From: Octopus vulgaris | Taxonomy: Eukaryota | Direction: 5' to 3' | DNA length: 64,000 nt | Assembly (NCBI GenBank): GCA_951406725.2 | Contig: OX597824.1 | Span: forward strand, 67,022,001 to 67,086,000 | In this document: one piece after another, positions 38,551 through 50,920 of the stretch | How positions within the stretch are numbered: the first letter of the stretch is position 1 | How the letters are laid out: each line of letters starts with the position of its first letter | Translations under genes and position numbers: made by a program | The notes under the pieces: model-generated | The model's database searches: none | What the model saw: the letters and a program-made list of their open reading frames with translations, nothing else | Told to the model about the DNA's origin: nothing

Positions 38551-39419
38551 ATTACTGTCTGTGCTTCTGAATGCACATGTACAGCAAGACAAATTTGCAT
38601 AGGCACACAAACATACAAGCATGCAAACAATTGCTATCACACGCATGAACACACAGATATGTATAAATGATTATAATTATACATGCGTATATGCTCTCAC
38701 AAGCATGCTCATACAGACACACAAACACGTAATCCACATATGCAGAGATAAGTTCTTTTGCACCAATTCCTGCTGAAACTAATTAGGGCTAATTTATTCT
38801 TATATAAAACAACAATTATTTAAGAAATAGGAAGTCAAGTTCAGGAAGCAACCAATGGCAGCTGCAGCAGTGGTGGTGGGGGGTACAGTTTGTTTGTATG
38901 AGAGAATTAAAAATGAGGTTATTTTGTTACAGATATATATTGTCAATAGATTTTGTTGCTATTGACTACTAACTCCACTCAACTCTTGAGAGAGCCTCTA
39001 CACTGTTACTTGGCTTGCAGGAGTGTGAGTAGAGTGAGGATGAGTGATAGAGAGAGAAGAGAATATCAAAGAAGCAATGATACAGTAGATGGCAGTTTAA
39101 TCCTTTAGCATTTAAACCAGCCATATCCCAACCAAATATTCTACCTGTTTTATGTTCAAGCTAGCCAGATCTGGCCCATCACACCTACCCTACAATATCA
39201 TTCTAAAAATAATCATATTAAAATCTTGAATCTGAGATAATGTATAATTAATCCAAAACAATGTGAATTAATAAGCATTACATTTGACAGTAATCTGCAG
39301 GTTAAAGGGTTAACAGGGATATTTTAGGTAATAGGCCCAAATGTCATTATATGCACCACTATGATATGCATCACATCATATGCATCACTACTATCCTTTT
39401 AATGTTCAATATATCATGT

Positions 39420-39720
39420 TTGAACAGGTGAGGGTTTTCTCTGGTATGCTATAGTCTTTGTAACACTTTGTCATTTCTTTAATGATGTTCAGCATTCTGA
39501 GATCAGCTATCATCACTTCATCCCATGACTTCCTAGGTTACCTCCTTCAACAGATTCTATCACATTTGAGTGTCCTTTACAGCTGTTATCTTCTGTATAC
39601 ATCACATGTCCATACCATCATTATCTTTCTTGTATATTACTTCTGATTCCTCCGATATCCGACTTTTCTCTCACTCCATTTCTGAGATATCATTAATGGA
39701 CACTAACATTACGCATCCAT
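39420..39720 (-). pseudogene. Decayed RTE 3' fragment
   Basis: Minus strand tggtatggacatgtgatg (WYGHVM) and ggtaacctaggaagtcatgggatgaagtg. Confidence 0.6.
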
Positions 39721-41317
39721 TATTAATATAATGATTTCAGATTTTTACACAAGTCCAGCAATTTCAGAGGAGGGATAAGTCGATTACATTGACCCCCAGT
39801 GCTCAACTGGTACTTATTTTATGGACTCCGGAAGGATGAAAGGTAAAGTCAACCACAACGGAATTTGAACTCAGGAAATAAAGACAGACGAAATGCTGCT
39901 AAGCATTTTGCTTGGCAGGCTTAAAATTCTACCCACTCACTACCTTAAACATGAGTGGTGCACATCAAGATTTGATCTCACAATATAGAGGGACAAAGCT
40001 ATATAGCATCTGGTGTGGTATTCTATATCTACCATGCTATGCTGCTTTGCACTATTACTAATAACAACAAAGGTGCGCTATATGTGACATACTACAGTAT
40101 ATTGATCTTGGTTCTCTGTTCAATAGCATGAAAATAATAAGTTTTAACTCACTGTAGCCTTGTAATACTTAAGCAATATATTTTCTTTAAAACACTCTTT
40201 TACTATTCAATATTTTCTTTTTGTCACATTGTGTTTTTAAGTCTCTTTACTGCACCTGTACTTTCAGCTATTATCGCTGTCTTTCTTTTCTTGACTTATA
40301 TGGCTACTTTCTGTCCCCTCTTTTAACCTTTTCCAGCGAGTTGTAGTGCACCTGAACACATTATCATTATTATTATAATTATTACTATTGAAGACGTGGC
40401 ACAGTATCTAGTATTGTGATGTTGTTGATTGAAGATATTGTGTCTACTGGGGTGGCGGTGTACTGTCTGTCAGACAGTCTGAGGTCTTTATTATTATTAT
40501 TATTCTCGGCCTAACAGGCCAAGCTTAATAACAAAATTATTATTATTATTATTATTATTATTGGTAATCAATACAAGGTTTAAAAAAATGTCTTCCTCAT
40601 TTAAGTTTAACAGCAGGATATATATTGAATGCTATCTCAGGAAAATAAAAAAATGATATTTGGCAAATGAAATTGTTTTAAGTCAAAAAAAGCCACTCAA
40701 ATCCTAACAAATGTAATGATTTGTCCTAAAAACACAGTTAATATGTTGTACGTATCCAACATTTGTTCAACATGGAATGCTATCAATTTCACATGTAAAC
40801 ATTATACACGCGAAACTTTTATGCTTTAGAGACAAAGAAATCTATTTTAACTCTTTTGATACTAGCTTGCCAAAGACTGCTTCTGGATCTATGTCTCAAA
40901 TTTCTTGTGTTAAAGTGGTCAAGATTAAAATCTTCCTTGAAGATTTCATTGCTTTAATTGTTTTAATACCAACTTGCCTGAGAACACCCTTGGTCCTATG
41001 ATACAAACTTTCTGTTTTAAAGTGACATGAAATAAAATCTTCCTTCAAAATACCATGTTAATTTGTGTTTCAAAAAACCAGCTTAATATTGACAAAGTCA
41101 TTTTACTAAATTCTTCATTATTTTCAAAATTTATTAAAAAAAAAAACTGTATATTTCAACAGAAATTTGGTAGAAAAGAGTAAAACTAATTTTCCATTTT
41201 TACCATGCTGCATCAACATATGAATCAACATACTATTATCTCGTTTAGAGAATGCGTGGGCTACGACTACATGCCTTCATTGGTCAGTTAAAGTTGAGAC
41301 AGTGTCACATGACAACT

Positions 41318-41622
41318 TGCTAGGGTTGCCTGCTGGAGCCTAGCAGCAGGTATTGAAAGGGAAATTTGACAAGGCAGTCAGTTGCCTGCTGACACTCATT
41401 GACGCTACATCGAAGAGGCCAGGGAACAGAAGAAAGAAGACATGCACCCAACACCAGAGCTGAAGACACCTCCGAAAGGGGGGAGGGGGTCCGCCAAATC
41501 AAAACGGTAGAGGGGTAGGGGCTGAAACCAGACGTGGTTCCTCCTGATGATGTCTTGAGCTAACTAGATCCTACAAAGGAGCTGTTGTGGTAGCAGACCA
41601 CGAAACACGGTTGAAATTCCTA
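41318..41622 (+). mobile_element. Unclassified GC-rich ~300-bp repeat, copy 1 (strand arbitrary)
   Basis: Reverse complement of 46325-46628 with indels. Confidence 0.75.
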
Positions 41623-43689
41623 TAAGGATGGTAAATATTTGTTTACTCCAAGAAAGGAGTTGGAGAATAAAAATTCTAAGGAAGCCATTAATATAAATGG
41701 TCTGGAGTTGGGGAGTGTCATGGAACTACAAACCTTAGAGTATAACAAATCTAAGCTCTTACTACCAACTTTTAAAAGTATATCAACATATAGAAATGAT
41801 GTTTGCAGAAATCTTCTGGCAATACTCTCTACCTTTCTATATTTTCAATGGTTCTTCTCTAATCACACATTATATAGTGTTATTTGCCCTGTATGTCAAG
41901 AGTTGATTCTAATTAAGATGAATATCATGTTATTTATTAATCTACACTCAAATTCTCAAGCATATTAATAATCCTTACTGTGGTTTAGGGTTTGATATAA
42001 ATAACGACCCTTTTCTTCTTTCTTTTTCCTTTCTCATGGTATGCTAAAAAATTGTAAATGAAAGAAGAGGGAAGGAAAAGGTAAGCAGGAACATGATTTT
42101 ATAAAATATATGCCATATGTTTTAATGACATTTACACTGTGATTATAAGTAGTACAGAAAATATGGAATTGGTAGAAATAGTTTTGAAGTGTATCAGCAA
42201 CACACCTTGAATGTACACCCCTGACATTCAGCAAGGGAGACTATGTGAGTGCCTACCTTACTATAAACAGCAGCCAAATCTCCTTCAAATACTATACTAT
42301 TATCTTAGGAAAAAGGGACATAGTGTCATCCTCGGTATGAAAAAAAAACCCTCAGGTGTTCAAAGCTGGAATGTCTTTGATCATAGGTCTACCTCACTGT
42401 TTTCTGAAATTTTCTATGTCCCACATCTCTAGGAAATATTTGATTAATGTTCGCACTCAAACAAAAGTAACATCACATTTGAAGACAAAAAAGTTAAAAT
42501 TCTAATAACTGATTTGAAATGAATTGTGCACTGTGGAATATTAAAGTTCCTAGTGTGCTTAAGAGAACAAAATTATTTTTAAGAGTAAGGTTTTTATTCT
42601 GTAACCCTTTTCATAACAAACTGCTTGAGGTCATCCTTGGTCCTGATACAAATTTCTTGTTTTGAAGTGATCTAAATTAAAATCTCCCATCAAAATTGCA
42701 TGTTTTTGTAGTGACAAAATTGTTTTCCTGAATTCTTCATTTTGTCCAGTGCTCTAATGAGTCTGCCAGTCCATCACCATTTAATAATTGTTTTTAATGA
42801 AAGCACAAAACCTGAAATTTGGGGGAATGGTTCAGAAATTAAATCAACTCAATACTTGGTTTGTACTTTATTTTTTTAGACTCTCATGCTTTATTTTTTA
42901 GACCACAAAAGCCAAAATTGTCTTTAGAGGGATTTGAACATAAACTGTAAAAAACTGAAACAAAAACCACAAGATATTTTCTAACAATTCTACCTGGAAA
43001 ATAATTATTTTAAATTTTGGCACAAGGTCAGCAGATTTAGTGGAAGTGAATAAGTTAATTACATTGACTGCAGTGATTTACTTGTACTGATTTTAGTGAC
43101 CCAAATGGATAAAAGACAAAGGCAACCTCAGCAGAGTTTGAACTCAGAACACAAAGAGCTAGAAGAAATTTCACTAAGTATTTTGGTCCTCATGTTAATG
43201 ATTCTGTCTGTTCACTGCCTTTGCCTTGGAAATATTAAATAATAAGTCATTTAAAATTAGAGCAGACATTATGAATTAGAAGAAAATATATAATCAAAAA
43301 TAATCAAATACTATACACAAATAATACAGATGTAGGATGTTTATTTTTTTTTTATTCATGGATTAGTTAAAAGGGGAAGAGACAACATCCATGACCTTTA
43401 CAGAAGCTATGAGATTGGTGAGAGGAAAGGGAAAAAAAAGAATAACACAATGTATGGAAGGGCGAGGTGTATCAAAGTATTGATTTATCCTCTCACCGAA
43501 CACCTGGTCTGAATGCTTGTAATGGAACTTGTAATATATTTACTGCAGTGTCTTCTAAATGTACTCAAGGTATTAAACCATGCAACAGATTGGGTATACC
43601 ATCAACAGAATATAAAAGGACATTGTAGTTAAGTAAAGTTGAGTGTTTAAAAAATAAAAAGACTTAAGTGCATATGTATAAATAAATAA

Positions 43690-43720
<31 letters not shown>

Positions 43721-44191
43721 AACACATACACAAACACACATGCACACAGAAACACATTTATATATAAATACACACACACACATATATACAGACACACCTT
43801 TGTAGGCTCAGGCATGACTGCAGGGTTAATAAGTCCATTTTGCAACCACATAGTTTTGGGTTCATTCCCACGGTGTAGGACCTTGGGTAAGTGTTTTCTA
43901 TTATAGTCCTGGACTGACCAAAAGAAATTGGTTGACAGAAACTGAAAGAAGCCCATCATACTTGTGTATATATACATATATATATATATACATATACATA
44001 CAAACATATATATATATATGAATCAATGAATAGAATTGGCTTTTGTGATAATTTTTACACTTTAATAATTAGATGTTTATAAGGTGTTTACAAAAAAAAC
44101 AAAACACCTAATAACTTGTAAAAATTTCCATTCAGTTTTTCAAATATATAATACTGGACCAAGGACTTTCTATTTCTTATTCTACTATATA

Positions 44192-44306
44192 ATTCTTATA
44201 CAAGAATGTTGTTGACAGTGATTTTGAAGTTTTGGCCAGCTAAGCCATGAGGCTAACAAAGGTTGAGACTTTGAAGCCACTGTCAATGACATTCTTGCAT
44301 AAGAAT
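44192..44306. repeat. Short inverted repeat (about 46-bp arms)
   Basis: attcttatacaagaatgttgttgacagtg... versus ...cactgtcaatgacattcttgcataagaat. Confidence 0.8.
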
Positions 44307-44371
44307 AATAAATTTGTACTCTACATAAGTATAGAGTAACCCATCAGATTAATGCAGAGTTGATTTTATCA

Positions 44372-44640
44372 TAAAACCCCTATCTTGCCCAGGACATCAA
44401 TCGTCTGGAAGCTGTTCAGCGACGTGCAGCCAAAAGAATACCCTCCATCAGGCATTTTCGGAGCACTGCATCCTTCAAGACTTCCATGCTTCCTGAGATT
44501 CGCCAACACTACACTTGATTTTCTCTCCTCCATACACACACAAGCATGTTCACTTTCCAGACATTTCTACATTACTGCATGTACTTTATATGCACTTTCT
44601 GACAAGTTGTGGTGCACATGAGCACTGTAACAATAATTTC
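44372..44640 (+). pseudogene. CR1-type LINE 3' fragment
   Basis: PYLAQDINRLEAVQRRAAKRIPSIRH matches DI..LE.VQRRATK.I. Confidence 0.75.
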
Positions 44641-44678
44641 ACATAAAAACAAAAAACAAACAAACATATATATATATG

Positions 44679-44924
44679 TTACAAGGATTATCTTCTCACT
44701 TAGTCTTCCTGTAGCTCCACTCCATCTTTTGTGTCCCTAGTCTACAGTGAGTATGACATATAGAGTTCCTACCAACTTGTTTTCCTCATAGTGAGCATGT
44801 GATCTGTCCTCTTGATTACTTGCTAACATTTTGGTCTTTGCTAAGTTTATCTTTATCTTGAGGTCTCCTGATTCTAGCATTTGAATTACATGTTTAGTTA
44901 CAGGCAGGTTAATAGAAGAGATAA
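44679..44924 (-). repeat. Inverted copy of 45776-46021
   Basis: 246 bp; 4 mismatches counted by eye. Confidence 0.95.
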
Positions 44925-45240
44925 ATGGCATGTAAAAAGCACCATCCGTTCGTGGCCGTTGCCAGCGCCGCCCCGACTGGCCTCGTGCCGGTGGCATATA
45001 AAAAGCACCATCCGATCGTGACCATTTGCCAGACTCATCTGGTACCTGTGCCGGTGGCACGTAAAAAGCACCCACTACACTCATGGAGTGGTTGGCGTTA
45101 GGAAGGGCATCCAGCTGTAGAAACATTGCCAGATCAAACTGAGCCTGGTGCAGCCTTCTGGCTTCCCAGACCCCAGTTGAACCGTCCAACCCATGCTAGC
45201 ATGGAAAGTGGACGCTAAACGATGATGATGATGATGATGA
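44925..45240 (+). mobile_element. Young RTE 3' UTR with (GAT)n tail
   Basis: CpG-rich gtaaaaagcacc subrepeats, gtggttggcgttaggaagggcatccagctgtag, ggacgctaaacgatgatgatg. Confidence 0.85.
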
Positions 45241-45247
45241 TATATAT

Positions 45248-45374
45248 ATATAGTGGAATTGCATGCAGGCAGGCTAACAGAAGAGATAAGCATTGAAAGT
45301 GGCAGCTGCACTTTAGCAATACATACGTACATAAATACATACATACATGCATGCATGCATATATATACACACAC

Positions 45375-45409
<35 letters not shown>

Positions 45410-45762
45410 CACACATACATACATACATACATACACATACATATATATACACACATACATACATATATATACACACATACATACATATATATATATATAC
45501 ATACATACATATATATATACACACGTACATACATACATATATATATACATACATACATATATATATATACACATACATATATATATACATAAACATACAT
45601 ACATATATATATATATACACATACATACATACATACATACATACAGGGCAAAAATACATGCATATAGGTATGTATGCATTTATGTACATATGTATTACTC
45701 AACTGTGGCTGCCACATACAATGCTTATCTCTTTTGTCAGCCTGCCTGTAATTCCACTATAA
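45248..45762. mobile_element. MITE-like element with diverged ~95-bp inverted ends around a (TACA/TA)n core
   Basis: tatagtggaatt..caggcaggct.aca.aagagataagcattg at 45249+ is the reverse complement of caatgcttatctctt.tgt.agcctgcctg.aattccactata at 45718-45761. Confidence 0.6.
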
Positions 45763-45819
45763 ATGTACAGAACACTTATCTCTTCTATTAACCTGCCTGT
45801 AACTAAACATGTAACTCAA

Positions 45820-46945
45820 ATGCTAGAATCAGGAGACCTCAAGATAAAGATAAACTTAGTAAAGACTAAAGTGTTAGCAAGTAATCAAGAGGACAGATCA
45901 CATGCTCACTATGAGGAAAACAAGTTGGTAGGAACTCTATATGTCATACTCACTGTAGACTAGGGACACAAAAGATGGAGTGGAGCTACAGGAAGACTAA
46001 GTGAGAAGATAATCCTTGTAAAACGGTGGAAGCAGTGAAGCAATATGTACTAAGAGTACACTGGAAATAAAAACTCTTCAATGCTTGGTTGGTTTACTAG
46101 AAATAGTCAATAACTTATGTTATTTAAGTGACATGATAAGTAGGCAAAGTGGTTGTTTGGAAAGTACAGTAACCAGGTTTAGAATGAGCTGAAAAATATT
46201 CAGGGAGTCAATACTCCTGCTAGCAAGAAAGATCTTTTCCCTCAGAATGAATAATAGATTGTACAACACTTGTGCTAAAACTGTGATGCTACATAAAAGT
46301 GAGAGATATGGACCTTGAATGGAGTAGGAAATTCAACCGTGCTTCATGGTCTGCTACCACACCAGCTCCTTTACAGGATCTAGTTAGCTCAAGAGATCAT
46401 CAGGAGGAACCACGTCCGGTTTCGGCCCAACTCCTGAACCGTTTTGACGTGCCCCCCCTTCACAGGTGTCTTCAGCTCTGGTGTTGGGTGCATGTCTTCT
46501 TTCTCCTTCTTTCTTCTGTTCCTTGGCCTCTTTGATGTAGCGTCAATGAGTGTCAGCAGGCAACTGACTGTCTTGTCAAATTTCCCTTTAAATACCTGCT
46601 GCAAGGCTCCAGCAGGCAGCCCCAGCAAAGACTAGAAGTGATTTAGCTAGCATGCTTGGTGGATGTGTAATGTTACTATGCATGAATGAATTGAGAGACT
46701 GGGTATAAGAGGTATCAGTTGTGGTGAGAAGGAGAGGAGATTGTGTTGGTATGGGCTTATGATGTATATGGAGGATGACTGCTGCATATGGAAGTACAGT
46801 GTGCTCCAAGCTAGAGGACTTTGCAAGAAAGACTTAGGACCAAGTAGGGAAGGATGCCTGAAGATGCTGCATCTAACAGAGGAGATGACAAAAGACCATT
46901 CTAATTGACAATATGCCATGCTGCAGAAGACCTGTTCACCCATGG
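45820..46945 (+). pseudogene. Old RTE LINE ORF remnant, interrupted by an insertion at 46325-46628
   Basis: LESGDLKIKINLVKTKV, VGRNSICHTHC, EIVNNLCYLSDMIS..GC...RFRMS*KIFRE, then ERRLCWYG after the insert. Confidence 0.75.
46325..46628 (-). mobile_element. Unclassified GC-rich ~300-bp repeat, copy 2
   Basis: Inverted relative to 41318-41622; interrupts an RTE remnant. Confidence 0.75.
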
Positions 46946-47934
46946 TAAAATGTACCCTGAAACAAAGGTAATAGTGTTTAGAAGCCATAGTATGTATTTT
47001 TGTATCCTGCTATGCCTACATATGTTGCTCCCTTAGCTCGCATCCTTGCCTCAACTCTCATCTACTTATTGCTCACCTGCTTTCCATTTCCCATCTCTTC
47101 ATGACTCATAAACCCTCTAACTTCCATCTCTCTCAGCCAACTACACTGACTGCACCATCCACATCACTCTTCCCCATCACCTTTCACTAGGCCCACATTG
47201 GATCACTTTCATAGTTCTACTCAATTCACTCCAGCTTTGCCTTGTTGTACTACTAGACAGCACTCTTTCTCCTCTGCACCACATTTATGCCACCTAGCAC
47301 CAACCCTTGTCTTCACTGCATCACCCACTTTTACCTTTGTTCATGTTTATTACCAATCACTCTTCTCCTAATTTCACCCTCAATTATTCCTCCCCTTTCT
47401 CATAATACTCTTGATCCCAATGTCTTGTTCTCTCTCTCTCTCTCTCTCTCTCTCTTTTCCTCTTTTTATTTTTTCTCCCATTCCTCTTTTTGGTCCATAC
47501 ACTTTATGTTACTCAGCCTATTATGTACAAAGCACTCCACCTCCTGTACAAGAGCTAGGAAGAAACCTGTATTCCATTGGCAAGTGAATGGTGAGCAAGA
47601 CGCCTCCTTAACATTGGTACCATAAAAACACACCTTGTACACACTGTAAAATGAAAGGCAGATTAGGGGAGAAAGAGTAGATCCCTTTAATCATGCCTTG
47701 ATGAGGACAATTCAACTTGTCTAGCATGGTGGGTGCCATAAGAAAATGCATATAGTACATTCTGTAAAGTGGTTGGTGGTCGGAAGGTCAGTCAGCTGCA
47801 GAAACCAAGCCAAATGATATGTATGAGTGCCAATGTTTAAGAACAAAATCCTAATAAGAAGTGACTTGGACTGTTACAACCCATACCAGCAAGAGAAGTG
47901 GACATAAAATTCTGTGCTCCCTCCTGATGATGAT

Positions 47935-48011
<77 letters not shown>

Positions 48012-48255
48012 CAAAGTTTTGACATTCTGTGCTAACTGGAAATGAACATCTCCATCAATTAAGCAGTCATGTTCATTTGCAGTCTCCTGCATAAACATGT
48101 TTGATCATTTGTGCTGTGAAAATATCACATTGCTTGGAAACAGCCAAGGGCTGATGACAGGAAGAGCATCCATCTGTAGAAACACTACCTCAACAAGTTT
48201 TGTCTGATGTACGCAAGCACAGAATCATGGATGTTAAAATAATGATGATAGTAAA

Positions 48256-48288
<33 letters not shown>

Positions 48289-50349
48289 TCTTTCATCCTT
48301 TTACTTGTTTCAGTCTTTGAACCGTGGCCATGCTGGGGCACTGCTGGTAGTTACATTATCAATCTCCATATGTTGAAATGCTAAGTTACAAGGCATAAAA
48401 ACATTCATTTATAAAAGGCTCCTCACAGTTATCATTCTCCAATTTCCTTCCCAAAGCACTTATGTGTTGTCAAACTCTAGGACCAAACCCCAAAGTGTAA
48501 GGATGAAAACCAAACAAATTAATCACAAAGCCCTGCCTGTACACCCCATATCTCACTCACTCACTCACTCACTCATGTATGCACATGCAATTCCTGAATC
48601 CTACCATCATTATCTCTTTGATTTTTCTTGTTTTATATTTTAGTACTACTCTCTTGATGATTGCTGTTTGGTTTATAGTTATTTCCTCACTAAATCCCAT
48701 TTTATCTAACTGGCCTTATAACTACAGAACTCTCTTAACTGAAATGTCGACTCTGAAGAAACCATCTGCAGTCTTCACCTACACCAAGCTCCTTTTGATG
48801 TCATAGAATTATTCAGAAAGTGTTTTTAGGTTAGGATTTTTTCCTGTTTGAAAACAATAACAAATGAGAGATAAAAGTTAAGTTATCTTAATCTTAACTT
48901 GCCAAAAATCTTATCAGACAGACATCACTAAATCACAACAAAAAGATAAAATGATGTTTTTTTTCTCTCTTCCTTCCTCTATATCAAAAGTTCCTGATAC
49001 TATGAAATCCATCTAAGCATAAAAACAAAATGGTACCTCATAGAAAACAGTGATGTTTTATGTTAATACAAATGGTAAATTCATATAGAATCTCAGAAGA
49101 ATAATGTTGGGAAATGAAGGAAAAATACAAAATTGTAGAGATGGAGCAAAAAAAGAACCCAGATTATTCTCTAAATGAAAACAAAAATAACAACAATGAT
49201 GTGAAAAACAGGAAGGAAAATATTAGAATTAATAAAAAGAATATAAAATGAATTTTAGGTGAAGTAGGTTCAACGACTCACCTTTTTGAACCAGTGAAGA
49301 ATTTAAACAAAGTTGGTTAAATAAGAATCTGGAAGTCTCTGTAATCAGTCTACAGTATATATTTCTTAATAAAGAAACATACACATATACAAGCATACAT
49401 ATAAACACACACATAATCACTCATACACACTTACATACATAATCACACACACACACACACACATAATCACTCATACACACTTACATACATAATCACACAC
49501 ACATACATATATATAAATACACACTCACACACACGAACATAATCACACACATAACCATATAATTTTACACATACATACAAATGTACACAACCACATAAAC
49601 TGACATACACGAAAACTCACAAACATAAGCATACATCCACACAAAATACACAAAACCCCATAAACACACACACAAACACACATGAATACACACACACACA
49701 CACACACATTATATAAACAGCCAAAAGAATGATTTCAAATCTTGAGCATAGCTACAATTACATTTATTTATTTTTTTATGAAACTAGATTTACACAACTC
49801 AGGTAAGTAGATGTGAGGTGTGGGGGGTGTGCACATGTGCACATATATGTATGCATGTGTGAGTGTTGGTGTTATATACACATGCACAAATACACACATG
49901 TATATATATTTACACTAAAGGTGTATGCAAATATGAGCATGGGGATGTGTGTCAGTGTACAGGTGAAAAATGTGTATATGTAACATGTACATAATGCAAA
50001 TGTACCCACCTGCACATACATGTACAGTGTGTTTTAGATATAGCTTCTATTCTCTTCAATCTGTGTGTGTTTGTGTGTGTGTGTTTGTGTGTGTGTGTTT
50101 TATAAAAAGAATCTATATTAATCTATGAAGATACATTGCAGTGTGGCTCATTTTCAAGGAGTGAATCTGACCTGAGCCAGCCCAGTGCCAACTAATCATT
50201 CCTTTCAATATATAAAAAAAAAATGGTAACAGTTTTAAACAATCACGTTCTTCTTCAGCTTGAGTATCTCTCTCACTATTAATTGGCCGCAAGTACAACT
50301 TTCAGAGAAGAAAACCTGCTGGACATTTGTTATCCTGTGTCTCACACCA

Positions 50350-50520
50350 TTCATTCCTCATCCTTGAGAGAATCTATCAAACATGTTTTCTCCTCTTTAA
50401 GAGAACTGGTAAAACTAATTTCATTACACTTGACATCAGTAACCCATTCAACTGTGTTTGGCAAGAGACATTTCTTTCAAAACAAGGGAAATGTTAGCCT
50501 GCCCACCTATCTAGTTGGAT
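50350..50520 (+). pseudogene. Very decayed LINE RT fragment
   Basis: TLDISNPFNCVWQ resembles LDISKAFDRVWH. Confidence 0.4.
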
Positions 50521-50664
50521 GGAATCATTTGAAAGCTTCAACAATGTAAGGAAGTGCATTGTGACAAGTGGTGTATATAAGCATATGATAGTCTGGATTA
50601 CACAGTGATTATATATATATATATATATACTGGAGAAGACTTAGATCCACCCATCGCAACACAA

Positions 50665-50920
50665 ATGAGATCCTAAAACCAAGGTGCCACGTAAAAAGCA
50701 CTGGTGATGGTGCCACTTAAAAAGCACCTGTGCTGGTGCCATGTAAAAAACACGAAGTACACTCTGTGGAGTGGTTGGCATTAGGAGGGGAATTCAGCCA
50801 TAGAAACCAAGCTAAAATAAACAATGGAACTTGGAGTGGCCTCTGGCCTCACCAGTTCTACTCAAGCCATCCAGCCTGTGCCAGCATGGAAAACGGATGT
50901 TAAATGATGATGATGGTGAT
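50665..50920 (+). mobile_element. RTE 3' UTR fragment
   Basis: gtgccacgtaaaaagcac subrepeats, gtggttggcattagga, ccagcatggaaaacggatgttaaatgatgatg. Confidence 0.7.

Noticed and set aside
44679-44924. A-to-I editing signature in the inverted copy (RNA-templated origin)
   Set aside because: The four mismatches are mixed transitions (2 A>G, 1 G>A, 1 C>T); too few and not directional.
50113-50298. ORF LRPINSERDTQAEEERDCLK as an upstream exon
   Set aside because: No canonical donor and a poor acceptor.
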